From an uncultured Actinomycetes bacterium (lineage in GTDB: Bacteria; Actinomycetota; Thermoleophilia; RBG-16-64-13), in contig CAVPLM010000005.1 of NCBI GenBank assembly GCA_963706025.1, forward strand, positions 448,001-512,000: a stretch of 64,000 bases of DNA, given 5' to 3'. A program made the position numbers and the translations under genes. Position 1 is the stretch's first letter. Every line of letters begins with the position of its first letter. Of this stretch, positions 11,421 to 20,983 are shown in pieces. Below the pieces are notes generated by a model, which worked only from the letters and a program-made list of their open reading frames with translations, was not told where the DNA came from and ran no database searches.

Positions 11421-13309
11421 CACGACCTCCTCACAGCGTCGAATCGGCACTTGTCGTAGCATTCTCCGCACTTGATGCAAAGCTCTTGATCGATCACGTG
11501 GATTTCCTTGCGCTCTCCGGTGATGGCCTGGACCGGGCAGACACGGATGCAGGCCCGGCACCCGGTGCAGGTCCCGGGGTCGATGGAGTAGGTGGTGAGG
11601 GCTTCGCAGGCCCCCGCCCTGCATTTGTGCTCGATCACGTGCTCCTCGAACTCCTCCCGGAAGTACTTCAGAGCAGTGAGGACCGGGTTCGGGGCCGTGG
11701 TGCCCAGTCCACACAGCGAGCCGGTCCGCACTTGCTGGGCCATCTCCTCAAGGAACGTCAGGTCGCCGAGCGTGCCCTTGCCCTCACAGACCTTGTCGAG
11801 CAGATCCAGCATGCGTTTGGTGCCGATCCGGCAGGGCGGGCACTTGCCGCAACTCTCGTGTTGGGTGAAACGCAGGAAATAGCGGGCGGTATCAACGATG
11901 CAGTTGTCCTCGTCGATGACGATCATTCCACCCGAGCCGACGATCGCACCGGTCTGGTTGATAGTCTCGTAGTCGACAGGAAGATCCAGGAGCGATTCGG
12001 GCAGACAGCCACCCGAGGGGCCTCCCATCTGCACCGCTTTGAAAGCCTTGTCGTTCTTGATTCCGCCCCCGATCCCGAAAATCACTTCCCGGAGGCTCTT
12101 TCCCATCGGGACCTCCGCCAGGCCGGTGCGGTTCACCTTGCCCGCCAGGGCGAAGACCTTGGTGCCTTTGGACTTCTCGTAGCCGCGGGAGGCAAAAGCC
12201 TCTGCTCCGTTCAGGATGATCCAGGGTACTACCGAGAGGGTCTCGACATTGTTTATGTTGGTCGGACGGCCCCACAGCCCCGATTCGGCCGGGTAGGGAG
12301 GGCGCAGGCGAGGCATCCCGCGCCTGCCCTCGATGGACTCCATCATAGCCGTCTCTTCGCCGCAGACGAAGGCCCCTGCACCTTCCTTGATCGTGACATG
12401 GAAGGAGAAGCCCGAGCCCATGATGTTGTCGCCGATGAGCCCCCGTTGCTCAGCCACTTGCACGCCGATCTTGAGACGTCTAAGAGCCAGGGGGTACTCT
12501 GCCCGCACATATACGTAGCCCAGGGGGGCTCCGATCGCATACGCACCGATGGCCATACCCTCGAACACCGCGTGCGGATCGCCTTCCAACACCGAGCAGT
12601 CCATGAAGGCGCCGGGGTCGCCTTCGTCGCCGTTGCAGATGAAGTACTTGATCCCGTCCGGCGACGAATAGCCCGCAGCGAACTGCCACTTCTGGCCGGT
12701 GGGGAAACCCGCGCCTCCACGACCTCGCAGCCCCGAGCGTTTGATCTCGTCGACGACCTCCTCGGGCGACATGCTGGAGAGGACCTTGTAGAGAGCCTGA
12801 TAGCCGTCGGCCTCCAAGTAGTCGTCGATGTCCTCGGGATCGATGATCCCCACGTGCCGCAGGGTGAGCTTCTCCTGCGCCTCGTAGAAGGAAGCGAACT
12901 CGGTCGGGCCATCATCGCTAAGCACCAGCCACTTCGCGATCGGCTCCCCGCCGATGATGTGCTTCGCGATGATCTCGTCCACCATGGCCGGCGTCACCTG
13001 ACCGTAGGTGACTTTGTGAGCAGATCCGTTGCGCCTGAGTATCACCTCCACCAGCGGGTCCATGGCGCAGAGACCCTGGCAACCGGTGCCCGTGATCGAG
13101 GCGCACTGCCCCCCGCACTCATCCTCGCGGGGACGGATCACTGCGTAGACCCCTGAGAGGGCGAGCTTCTTCTCGAAGGCCTTCAGTACCTCCCGGCTCC
13201 CCGCGGCGACGCCCCCGGTACCCAAGCAGATGCGCACTTCGACTTCGGGAACGCTCAGGCGGGGGTTGCGCGGCGCCGGTCTTTCCAAGACTCGCTCGGG
13301 AGCCATCAC
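11420..13309 (-). CDS. NuoF/HydB-like NADH- and FMN-binding subunit
   Basis: SGLRGRGGAGFPTG, NGDEGDPGAFMD, GAFVCGEET, GGPSGG and ESCGKCPPCRIG motifs; C-terminal 2x[4Fe-4S]. Confidence 0.95.
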   Translation of the reverse strand: MMAPERVLERPAPRNPRLSVPEVEVRICLGTGGVAAGSREVLKAFEKKLALSGVYAVIRPREDECGGQCASITGTGCQGLCAMDPLVEVILRRNGSAHKVTYGQVTPAMVDEIIAKHIIGGEPIAKWLVLSDDGPTEFASFYEAQEKLTLRHVGIIDPEDIDDYLEADGYQALYKVLSSMSPEEVVDEIKRSGLRGRGGAGFPTGQKWQFAAGYSSPDGIKYFICNGDEGDPGAFMDCSVLEGDPHAVFEGMAIGAYAIGAPLGYVYVRAEYPLALRRLKIGVQVAEQRGLIGDNIMGSGFSFHVTIKEGAGAFVCGEETAMMESIEGRRGMPRLRPPYPAESGLWGRPTNINNVETLSVVPWIILNGAEAFASRGYEKSKGTKVFALAGKVNRTGLAEVPMGKSLREVIFGIGGGIKNDKAFKAVQMGGPSGGCLPESLLDLPVDYETINQTGAIVGSGGMIVIDEDNCIVDTARYFLRFTQHESCGKCPPCRIGTKRMLDLLDKVCEGKGTLGDLTFLEEMAQQVRTGSLCGLGTTAPNPVLTALKYFREEFEEHVIEHKCRAGACEALTTYSIDPGTCTGCRACIRVCPVQAITGERKEIHVIDQELCIKCGECYDKCRFDAVRRS

Positions 13310-13857
13310 TCCTCACTCTCCTGCCCGCTCGCGGCAGGAGAACCGCCGTTCTCCCCCTCTACCTCCGCCTGGAAGGTCTTGACGACTTCCACCGCCTTAT
13401 CCGGGGTCAGCTTGCCGTGCGCCCGGTCGTTGATCATCACGACAGGAGCCATTCCGCAGGCACCCACGCAGTGCACCTCTTCGATCGTGTACAGCATGTC
13501 CGAGGTGTTCTCACCGGCATGGATGCCGAGATGCTTCTCGATCTCGCGCGAAATGAGCGGTGCGCCGGACACATGGCAGGCGGTGCCATGGCAGCAGCGG
13601 ATGGTGTTCTTGGCGTGGGGTTGCAGTCTGAACTGGGAGTAGAAGGTGGCCACGCCGAGAGCCTGGCTGAGGGGCTCGCCAGCCGTCTCGGCCACACGAG
13701 CCATCACCTCTTCCGGCAGGTAGCCGAAGATGGCCTGTGCTCCCTGTAGGAGAGGCACAAGTGCGCCCGGTTGTCCCTCGTAGTGATCGAGTAGCTCCCG
13801 AAACTGCTCTTCCAGCTCCGGCTCGATCGTTGTCCCAGCCACAGTCCCACTCGTCAT
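13306..13857 (-). CDS. NuoE/HydC-like [2Fe-2S] subunit
   Basis: GVATFYSQF, CHGTAC...CVGACGMAP; SD GGAGG. Confidence 0.95.
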   Translation of the reverse strand: MTSGTVAGTTIEPELEEQFRELLDHYEGQPGALVPLLQGAQAIFGYLPEEVMARVAETAGEPLSQALGVATFYSQFRLQPHAKNTIRCCHGTACHVSGAPLISREIEKHLGIHAGENTSDMLYTIEEVHCVGACGMAPVVMINDRAHGKLTPDKAVEVVKTFQAEVEGENGGSPAASGQESEE

Positions 13858-13994
13858 CGATATGGCCTCCGTAGGTCCGGGCTATTGTAGCTCGGCGTTT
13901 AGGACAGAATACAAGGATTTGTCGGTCGCCGCCCGCACCAGGCGCACCATACCCAAGGGGCCGTAGAGAGCGTCGGACCCGGCTGCGACCATGT

Positions 13995-14927
13995 TCAGGT
14001 TGTCCACTCCGACGAACACCGGTCCTTGATCACACCAGGAGTTCTAGCTTGGGCGAAGCTCTCGCCCGCTTGGAAAGAGCTGCGAACGAACGGCCCGGCC
14101 TGCACTCGAAGACCGAGAGCTTCGCCCCACTCCCGGTACCTTGCGAAGACCTCAGGGTGCACATACTCCACCACCGGGAGATGGCACGCCGAGGGCCGCA
14201 AATACTGCCCGATGGTCACCATGTGTACTCCGGCTTCCGCCACCTGACGCAGGAGATCGGCAATCTCCTCCTGCGTCTCACCCAACCCCACCATCCAGCC
14301 GGTCTTCACCACACTCTGTCGCACCAGGGCCGCCCGTCTCAGCACCATCAGGGAGCGCTCATACACTGCCTGTGGCCGAACGGTAAGGTACAGGCGGGGG
14401 ACGGTCTCGATATTGTGGTTGAAGACCTCTGGCGCTTCGGCCAACACCATGTCGAGATCCTCCATTCGACCGGCAAAATCAGGGACGAGCACTTCTAGGG
14501 TCACCCCGGGAGCTCTTGAACGGATGGCCCGCATGGTATCCACATAGTGTCCCGCCCCCCCATCTTTCAGATCGTCGCGAGTGACTGAGGTAACGACGGC
14601 GTGTAACAGTCCCAGGCGGCTCACAGCGTCGGCGACGTTCTTTGGTTCCAGGGGATCCAAAGTAGCCGGCCGTCCGGTGGCCACGCCGCAGAAGCCACAG
14701 TCACGAGTGCACACATCCCCCATGATGAGGAACGTGGCGGTGCCCGCCGCGAAACACTCGCCCAGATTGGGGCAGAGAGCGCTCTCGCAGACAGTGTGCA
14801 AGTGCCTGTCGCGGAGCAAGGTCTCCATTCTCCGCAGGGCGCCGGACTCGGGCAGTGGCTTCTTGAGCCAATCCGGCTTTCGACTCGGCCGGTCGTCCCT
14901 GCTGTCAAACACCGTGCGCTCGTTCAC
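13995..14927 (-). CDS. lipA: Lipoyl synthase
   Basis: RKPDWLK, CX4CX5C (CESALCPNLGEC), radical-SAM CTRDCGFC, IGQYLRP and VRSS. GTG start overlaps the larC stop (GTGA). Confidence 0.93.
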   Translation of the reverse strand: MNERTVFDSRDDRPSRKPDWLKKPLPESGALRRMETLLRDRHLHTVCESALCPNLGECFAAGTATFLIMGDVCTRDCGFCGVATGRPATLDPLEPKNVADAVSRLGLLHAVVTSVTRDDLKDGGAGHYVDTMRAIRSRAPGVTLEVLVPDFAGRMEDLDMVLAEAPEVFNHNIETVPRLYLTVRPQAVYERSLMVLRRAALVRQSVVKTGWMVGLGETQEEIADLLRQVAEAGVHMVTIGQYLRPSACHLPVVEYVHPEVFARYREWGEALGLRVQAGPFVRSSFQAGESFAQARTPGVIKDRCSSEWTT

Positions 14928-16189
14928 GAGATCGAGACACCGTGTTCGAGCCGTGCGGCCGCGGCCTCGGTCGCCAGCTGCATCACGACCCTCAAAGGCA
15001 GGCCGGCCGCCGTCGCTGCGCCGGCCGCGTCTTCGTACTCCGGCGCGACACTCACCAGACGGTCGCGCCACCGGCCCCATTTCACCCTCACCTCGCGACC
15101 CGCTACCTCGACGGTCACCGTTCCCCGTGTGGCCAGCCAGCGCGAGGCCGGCTGCCGGCGGACGCCCAGCGTCCCCGTCTGTCCAAGCAGGAGTTCCACC
15201 GCGGCGGGCTCAGCGTCAGGGCGGACGAGGGCATGAACGACCACCCCTGGGCGGTCCTTCTTCATCTGAGCGGCCACGGTCCACACGTCCAGCGCTCCTG
15301 TTTCGCGCAGCAGGCGACACGTGTAGCCGATCACCTCCGGCGAGACATCGTCGAGGTTGGTCTGCAGTTCGACGACCGTATCCAGTCCCTCCTCGCCAGC
15401 GAGGGATGCACCCCGACCCTCCCACGAGCGCCCCAACAGGACCCTCAGAATATTGGGACCGTTATCCAGCTTCATACTCCCGGCGCCGTGCCCCACCTTT
15501 TCGATCTCCATCGGGGGCAGCGGGCCGGGCACAGCTCCCAGTTGACTCACCAGCAGAGCCCCCGTGGGTGTGGTCAGCTCCCGCATCTCAGGGCCTCCCA
15601 CTATCGGATAGCCTTTGAGAAGAAGGGCAGTCGCGGGCGCGGGCACACCCATCCGTCCGTGTGCGATCTCGACGGTGCCGCCTCCCACCGGGATCGGGCC
15701 CACCATGACCTTGTCGACCCCGAAGGCCTCTACCAGCACGAAGGCCCCGACCACATCGACCAGGGTATCCACTGCCCCCACCTCGTGGAAATGGATCTCC
15801 TCCACCGGACAGCCATGGACCTCGGCTTCCACCGCCGCCAGCCGCCGGACCGCAGCTAGGCTGTGAGAGCGCACCCATGCCGACAGAGACGAATCCTCGA
15901 TGATGTGTTCCATGTCGGCCAGGTGCCTGAGGGGAGCGTTCTCGGCAGCGCGTACCCGCACCCGCGTGCACGAAACGCCCCACTCCACGTCGCGTACGAT
16001 TTCCACCATGGAGTCATCCAGGTTCAAGGCGGCCAGGGCCCTCCGCAGGTCGGCTTCGAGCTTACCGCCGGCTTGATCGGTGCTCAGCAGCGCGCCCAGG
16101 AGCATGTCCCCGGACACTCCGGCCCACGGATCCAAATAGAGCAGCGTCCGGTCGATCGCCGTCGCCCCACCACCCGAGTGATCCGCCAT
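14924..16189 (-). CDS. larC: Nickel-pincer cofactor nickel insertase LarC
   Basis: GVSGDMLLGAL, HFHEVGAVD, PVPAPAT, ELTTPTGA, MKKDRPG and PEYED motifs; SD AAGGAG before ATG 16189. Confidence 0.92.
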   Translation of the reverse strand: MADHSGGGATAIDRTLLYLDPWAGVSGDMLLGALLSTDQAGGKLEADLRRALAALNLDDSMVEIVRDVEWGVSCTRVRVRAAENAPLRHLADMEHIIEDSSLSAWVRSHSLAAVRRLAAVEAEVHGCPVEEIHFHEVGAVDTLVDVVGAFVLVEAFGVDKVMVGPIPVGGGTVEIAHGRMGVPAPATALLLKGYPIVGGPEMRELTTPTGALLVSQLGAVPGPLPPMEIEKVGHGAGSMKLDNGPNILRVLLGRSWEGRGASLAGEEGLDTVVELQTNLDDVSPEVIGYTCRLLRETGALDVWTVAAQMKKDRPGVVVHALVRPDAEPAAVELLLGQTGTLGVRRQPASRWLATRGTVTVEVAGREVRVKWGRWRDRLVSVAPEYEDAAGAATAAGLPLRVVMQLATEAAAARLEHGVSIS

Positions 16190-16296
16190 CCCGTTCTCCT
16201 TGTCCGCTGTCTCAGTCTCGGTGGTTGCATTCTCGCATGCCACCCCATACACTGCAGAACGTAGGCTCCGGCAACCTTCAGAATCGGGTCAAGGCA

Positions 16297-16674
16297 GTGA
16301 CACAGAGGCGCCTAGCCGACTACATAGGCTTCACGGTGCGCCGTCTGCGCGCGGACCGGGAGTTCACCTTGCAGGCCCTGGCCGACGAGTCCGGGGTCTC
16401 CAAGAGCTACCTGGGTGACATCGAGAAGGGTCGCAAGAACCCCACCACCGACGTCATAGAAGCCATTGCCGACGCGCTGGGCGTGCCGGCTCGAGAACTG
16501 CTTTACCATGCCGCGCTCGACGAGGAGGACCCGTTCCTCCAGCCGGAGCAGCTGAGCTTGGAGGAAGTGGCTGAGGAAGACGCCGAAACGCGGGAGTTGA
16601 CCCAACTGGCCAGGCGCATGCGGACCATCGATCGCCGGCTTCTGCTCGAGTTCGCCCGCAGGCTCTCGCACTAG
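16297..16674 (+). CDS. XRE-family HTH transcriptional regulator
   Basis: VRRLR..TLQALADESGVSKSYLGDIEKGRKNPT; divergent from larC; start codon uncertain. Confidence 0.88.
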   Translation: MTQRRLADYIGFTVRRLRADREFTLQALADESGVSKSYLGDIEKGRKNPTTDVIEAIADALGVPARELLYHAALDEEDPFLQPEQLSLEEVAEEDAETRELTQLARRMRTIDRRLLLEFARRLSH

Positions 16675-16714
16675 GGGCAGCTGCATCCCTCAAGACAAGG
16701 CCACTCGGGTGCCT

Positions 16715-17086
16715 TCACCAGCCCAGCTCGTCCAGACGCTCGTCGTCGATCCCATAGTAATGCGCGATCTCGTGGATGACCGTTTGACGCACTTGCTGCT
16801 TGATCTCCTCGTCGTCGCCGCGGGCCACCGCCTCGATGGGTTTCTGATAGATAGAGATACGGTCCGGGAAGGACATGTAGAAGACCCCCCGGTCGGTCAG
16901 GGGCACGCCGTGGTACAAGCCCAGTAGCGAGTATTTCGCCCTGGGCGACAGCCCGGCGGCCGCCAGGTCTTCGGGCGTCGGCCATTCCTCGATATCCACC
17001 TGGATGTTCTCGAGCCCGTCGAGGAACTCCTCCGGCAATGACTGCATCGCCTCAGAAACCAGCTCCGCGAAGGCGTCAAGATCCAT
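16715..17086 (-). CDS. Zincin-like metallopeptidase family protein (DUF1025-like)
   Basis: LLGLYHGVPL, PDRISIY and HEIAHYYGIDD (HExxH). Confidence 0.85.
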   Translation of the reverse strand: MDLDAFAELVSEAMQSLPEEFLDGLENIQVDIEEWPTPEDLAAAGLSPRAKYSLLGLYHGVPLTDRGVFYMSFPDRISIYQKPIEAVARGDDEEIKQQVRQTVIHEIAHYYGIDDERLDELGW

Positions 17087-17711
17087 CGCCGATAACCCCT
17101 TCTTCCCTCAGACGCGCGAGGAGAGCTCTCGCAGCCGCCCCTCGATGCGAGACGCTGTCCTTGTCCGCAGGGTCGGCCTCGGAGAGAGTCTCCGCCCATC
17201 CGAGTGGTTCGAAGATCGGATCGTACCCGAAGCCATCGCTACCACGGGGGGAGAGTGTGATGGTCCCCTCCAGCAGTCCCTCTGCTGCGGAAACCCGCGG
17301 AGTCGAGCCGGGACCGGGCTGGAGGGGCGGAAGGATGAGACACAGTGCGCACACGAAGCGCGCGGTCCGGTCCTCATGCCCGGACAACTCCGCCAGAAGC
17401 TTCCGTACGTTGTCTTCGTCAGAGGCATGATCGCCGGCGTAGCGGGCGGACCGTACCCCTGGACTGCCGTGTAGCGCCGCCACCTGTAGTCCGGAGTCGT
17501 CCGCCAACACGCCTGTTTCACCCCCGAGGGCGGCGAAGACCGTGGTGGCTTTCAGCCGGGCGTTCTCGGCGAAAGTCTCTCCGGTCTCCTCGGGTAGGGG
17601 GATCCCCGCAGGCACTGTACGCAAGTCGAAAACACCCTCCAGCAGACGCGCGAACTCTCGGGCTTTTCCCGGGTTGCGCGTCGCGAGGACTACCTTGGGA
17701 GGGGCGGTCAC
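17076..17711 (-). CDS. rdgB: Non-canonical purine NTP pyrophosphatase (dITP/XTP)
   Basis: ATRNPGK, ADDSGL, PGVRSAR, GFGYDPIF and SHR motifs; follows rph. Confidence 0.93.
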   Translation of the reverse strand: MTAPPKVVLATRNPGKAREFARLLEGVFDLRTVPAGIPLPEETGETFAENARLKATTVFAALGGETGVLADDSGLQVAALHGSPGVRSARYAGDHASDEDNVRKLLAELSGHEDRTARFVCALCLILPPLQPGPGSTPRVSAAEGLLEGTITLSPRGSDGFGYDPIFEPLGWAETLSEADPADKDSVSHRGAAARALLARLREEGVIGDGS

Positions 17712-18472
17712 GGCCGGGACATGCTCCCGGTTCCGCCGGTGTATGCCTGGGCGACCACTTCCATCTGAGCCGCCTTGATCTCGGCGATGCCCTTCTGAGC
17801 CAGGTCGAGCAGTTCGTCGAGCACGTGCCGCTCGAACGGATCGGTCTCCGCGGTCGCCTGGACTTCGATCAAACGCCCGTTCCCGGTCATCACGACGTTC
17901 ATGTCCACCTGGGCGACGCAGTCCTCTTCATACTCCAGGTCCACCACCGGCATCCCCCCGACCACACCCACGCTCACAGCGGCTACGGAATCGTTCAGAG
18001 GCAGTGACCGGAACAGCTTGTTGTCCACCGCTCGCTTCAGAGCCAGATGAAGGGCGATGTAGCCCCCACTCACGGCCGCACAGCGGGTGCCACCGTCGGC
18101 TTCCACCACGTCGCAGTCGACATACACCGTGCGCTCGCCGAGGGCCGCAAGCTCGACCACAGTGCGCAGGCTCCGTCCGATGAACCGCTGGATCTCGATT
18201 GTCCGCCCCCCTTGCTTGCCTCGGACCGCTTCCCGCGGAGTACGCTCCCGAGTGGAACTGGGCAGTAGGGAGTACTCGGCCGTGACCCATCCTGCGCCGC
18301 TTCCTCGTCGCCAACCGGGGACACCGTTGACCACCTGGGCCGTGCAGAGAACACGCGTGCCGCCTAGCTCCAGAAACACCGACCCATCGGCCGTGCGCAC
18401 GAAGTCCGGGGTGATCTTCAGGCTCCGCATCTCAGCGGGACCCCGCGTGCCGGCTCCACTTCTTCCGCTCAT
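17708..18472 (-). CDS. rph: Ribonuclease PH
   Basis: GWVTAEYSLLP, GRTIEIQRFIGRSLR, ADGGTR and EVQATAE. Own ATG at 18472 with SD GAGGTG; wrongly fused to murI in the ORF track. Confidence 0.93.
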   Translation of the reverse strand: MSGRSGAGTRGPAEMRSLKITPDFVRTADGSVFLELGGTRVLCTAQVVNGVPGWRRGSGAGWVTAEYSLLPSSTRERTPREAVRGKQGGRTIEIQRFIGRSLRTVVELAALGERTVYVDCDVVEADGGTRCAAVSGGYIALHLALKRAVDNKLFRSLPLNDSVAAVSVGVVGGMPVVDLEYEEDCVAQVDMNVVMTGNGRLIEVQATAETDPFERHVLDELLDLAQKGIAEIKAAQMEVVAQAYTGGTGSMSRP

Positions 18473-19285
18473 ATCTGGGTCACCTCTCGGATAGGCAGTT
18501 GGAGGAAGCGCATGCCCACTTCCCTGAACTCCTCGCTGTCCCCGGTCGAGAAGAACTCGATAGGCGCCTTCCCGCCGAGGGCCGTTACCGATTGCTTTGC
18601 GCTCCAGAAGCTCCCGGACCTCCCTGGCAGTCTCCTCGGCGGAATCGATCAGGGCGACCTCGGGACCCAACAACCGGCGGAGCATCGGCGTTATCAGGGG
18701 GTAATGGGTGCATCCCAGGATGACCGTGTCGACCTCGGCCTCTTTGAGGGGAGCCACGCATCCGCGGGCGGCCTGCTCCGTCTGTTCTGAGAACACGTCG
18801 CCTTCCTGGATAAGGGGAGCCAGGCGTGGACACGCGACCGGGAACACCTCCACCCCGGCATCGAGCGTGTGGAGGGCGTGCTGGTAGGCGTTTGAGCGCA
18901 CCGTAGCTTCCGTGGCCAGCAGCCCCACCCGCCGGTTCCGCGTCTCCTGGGCTGCCGCGCGGGCTCCCGGCATCACGACCCCGACGATAGGCGTGGAATA
19001 GGCGGTCTGCAGTTGGGAGAGCGCCGCGGCCGCGGCGGAGTTGCAGGCGACGACAACCAGCTTGACCCCTCTTGCCACCAGGAAGCCCACGGCGGCAAAG
19101 GCCAAATGACGAACTTCGGCCAGAGACTTCGAACCGTAGGGGAAATTGCCCGTATCGCCCAGGTAGACGAAATCCTCATGAGGCAGGTTCACCAGACATT
19201 CGTGCAAGACCGTGAGGCCGCCGACCCCAGAATCGAAGACTCCAACGGCACGTGTGTCGGGGATGGGCGCGTCTGGTGCAGTCAT
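18469..19285 (-). CDS. murI: Glutamate racemase (+1 frameshift near 18560)
   Basis: FDSGVGG, ACNS and LGCTHYP. The shifted frame gives the typical C-terminus EFFSTGDSEEFREVGMRFLQLPIREVTQI*, whose TGA overlaps the rph ATG. Confidence 0.92.
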
Positions 19286-19360
19286 CGTCAGCCGATTCTA
19301 CCAGACCCTGCCTGCATCCCCGCTCGAATCCGGCCGCGCCGCCGCGGCGGCTACCGGGCC

Positions 19361-19669
19361 CTACTCCGTGTAGACGCGCACGCCCGGGTACTTGCAGGCG
19401 TAGCTGGGAACAAGCGTATTGAGCCGGGCCACGAGATTCCCGGCCAGCAGTCCGTCAAGAGCGTGCTCAACTGCGGGTTCCGGACACGAGACTCTGGCCA
19501 CTATCTGTTTCTGTGTCAGCCCGGCCCCGGCCTGTTGTAGACAGTCGAGAACCTTCTTCTGTTCGTCAGTCAGCTTTGCAAGCGAGGAGGCGGACGTCGT
19601 GTCGCCGTCTCCGACGAGTTTCTCCGCCGGCTTGTCCCGGTGCTGGTCGGCTCCGGTCTGCCGCTTCAC
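19361..19669 (-). CDS. Small hypothetical protein with a probable winged-helix domain
   Basis: SD GAAGGAGG then GTG. LTDEQKKVLDCL...LTQKQIVARV...VEHALDGLL resembles a wHTH. Confidence 0.6.
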   Translation of the reverse strand: MKRQTGADQHRDKPAEKLVGDGDTTSASSLAKLTDEQKKVLDCLQQAGAGLTQKQIVARVSCPEPAVEHALDGLLAGNLVARLNTLVPSYACKYPGVRVYTE

Positions 19670-19744
19670 TAGGGCCCTCCTTCCCGGCGCCCAAACTCGC
19701 GCCAGTGCGGTCCTTAGAGATAGCTTGCCCAGGCGTAATCTGCT

Positions 19745-20983
19745 TCAAACGTCAAGTGCCTCAGCGTTGTCGCTGCCTCGGAAGAAGAAGAGCGAGATCA
19801 CGATCATGAGTGCTGAGACCAGCCAGATCACGGCGTACTCCCGGCCGTCTTCCGCGAATGTGGCGGTGATGTCGATCGCCACGCCGGCAATGATAGGTCC
19901 AAGGATGTTGGCGAAGCCTCTCGTCATGGAGAACATGCCGGTGAACTGTCCGATGTGTTCCTTGGGCATCAGTTTGATGAGAATAGCGTACGGCAGTGTG
20001 AGGACAATCGATCCCCCCAAGCCGAATATGGGTAGGAAGATGAAGGCCCACTTGATGTCGGTGAGAAACACGCCCAGGATGCAGCCGCCCAAATAGATCC
20101 AGAGACCGATACGCATGATCCGAACTCGCCCGTATCTGTCGGCCAGGTACCCGCTCGAAACCCCGGCGATCATGTAGGTGACTCCGACCAGACCGAGGAG
20201 GAGGGCACCTACCTGCTCGGTCGCCCCCAGCGTGTAGATGAAATAGAGCATGATGAAGGGGCGCAGGGCGGCCAGAGTGGACTCCCACAGAAAGCTGGCG
20301 ACCATGAAACGCTGGATGCCCTTGGTCTGGCGGGTCGATTGCCACACCCGCTGGATCTCGACCCAGATGCTTGCACGCGGGGGCAGAAGGAGGTGCTCAG
20401 GTTCCGGTTCCTGGATCTTCACGACAGTCAGATAGGTGAAAACCATGATGAGCAGGCTGCAGAGGATGAACGGCAGTGGCTTCCAGCGGTAGAAGAGGAA
20501 TCCGGCCACGACCATGCCAAGAAACATGCCTCCTCCGCGCATGAAACTCTGGAATCCCTGCGCCCGGCCCTGGACGTTCGATGGAGTGACGTCGGGCAGC
20601 AGCGACTGATAGGGCGACGTGTAGAAATGATATGCGGCGAAAAACACGAAGGTGGAGACGGCGATGGGCACGTATCCCGGTTGGAAGGGGGCCAGCATCA
20701 AGGCCGCGGCCATGAAAGGAGCGGCGAAGATCATGAACGGCTTGCGCCGGCCCCAGCGCTTCGTCCAGATGCGATCGCTCATGACGCCGGCCCACAAGGG
20801 GATCAGAGAGGAGAAGATCCCTTCCCCACCGATCGCGAACCCTATCAGCGTGGCCGACGAAGTGAAGCGTTTTAGGATAAGGGGGAGATAGGTGGTGACC
20901 AGCGAAAGGCCGGTAGCAAAGCCCAGCGTCGGCAGAGTCAGGATCAGCAGGAACCTGACGCCCACCTTTTGCTCGCTACTCAC
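19745..20983 (-). CDS. MFS transporter (GPH/sugar-like)
   Basis: About 12 hydrophobic segments; motif A (GVMSDRIWTKRWGRRKPF and GYLADRYGR). Confidence 0.9.
   Translation of the reverse strand: MSSEQKVGVRFLLILTLPTLGFATGLSLVTTYLPLILKRFTSSATLIGFAIGGEGIFSSLIPLWAGVMSDRIWTKRWGRRKPFMIFAAPFMAAALMLAPFQPGYVPIAVSTFVFFAAYHFYTSPYQSLLPDVTPSNVQGRAQGFQSFMRGGGMFLGMVVAGFLFYRWKPLPFILCSLLIMVFTYLTVVKIQEPEPEHLLLPPRASIWVEIQRVWQSTRQTKGIQRFMVASFLWESTLAALRPFIMLYFIYTLGATEQVGALLLGLVGVTYMIAGVSSGYLADRYGRVRIMRIGLWIYLGGCILGVFLTDIKWAFIFLPIFGLGGSIVLTLPYAILIKLMPKEHIGQFTGMFSMTRGFANILGPIIAGVAIDITATFAEDGREYAVIWLVSALMIVISLFFFRGSDNAEALDV

Noticed and set aside
13895-13925. Rex-like operator upstream of the nuoE-like gene
   Set aside because: Only a weak GACA..TGTC symmetry; it does not match TTGTGAA-N4-TTCACAA.
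17708-19285. Apparent 525-aa MurI-RNase PH fusion in the ORF track
   Set aside because: A canonical MurI C-terminus lies in the +1 frame and ends in TGA overlapping the rph ATG, which has its own SD. One extra base near 18560 explains the fusion.
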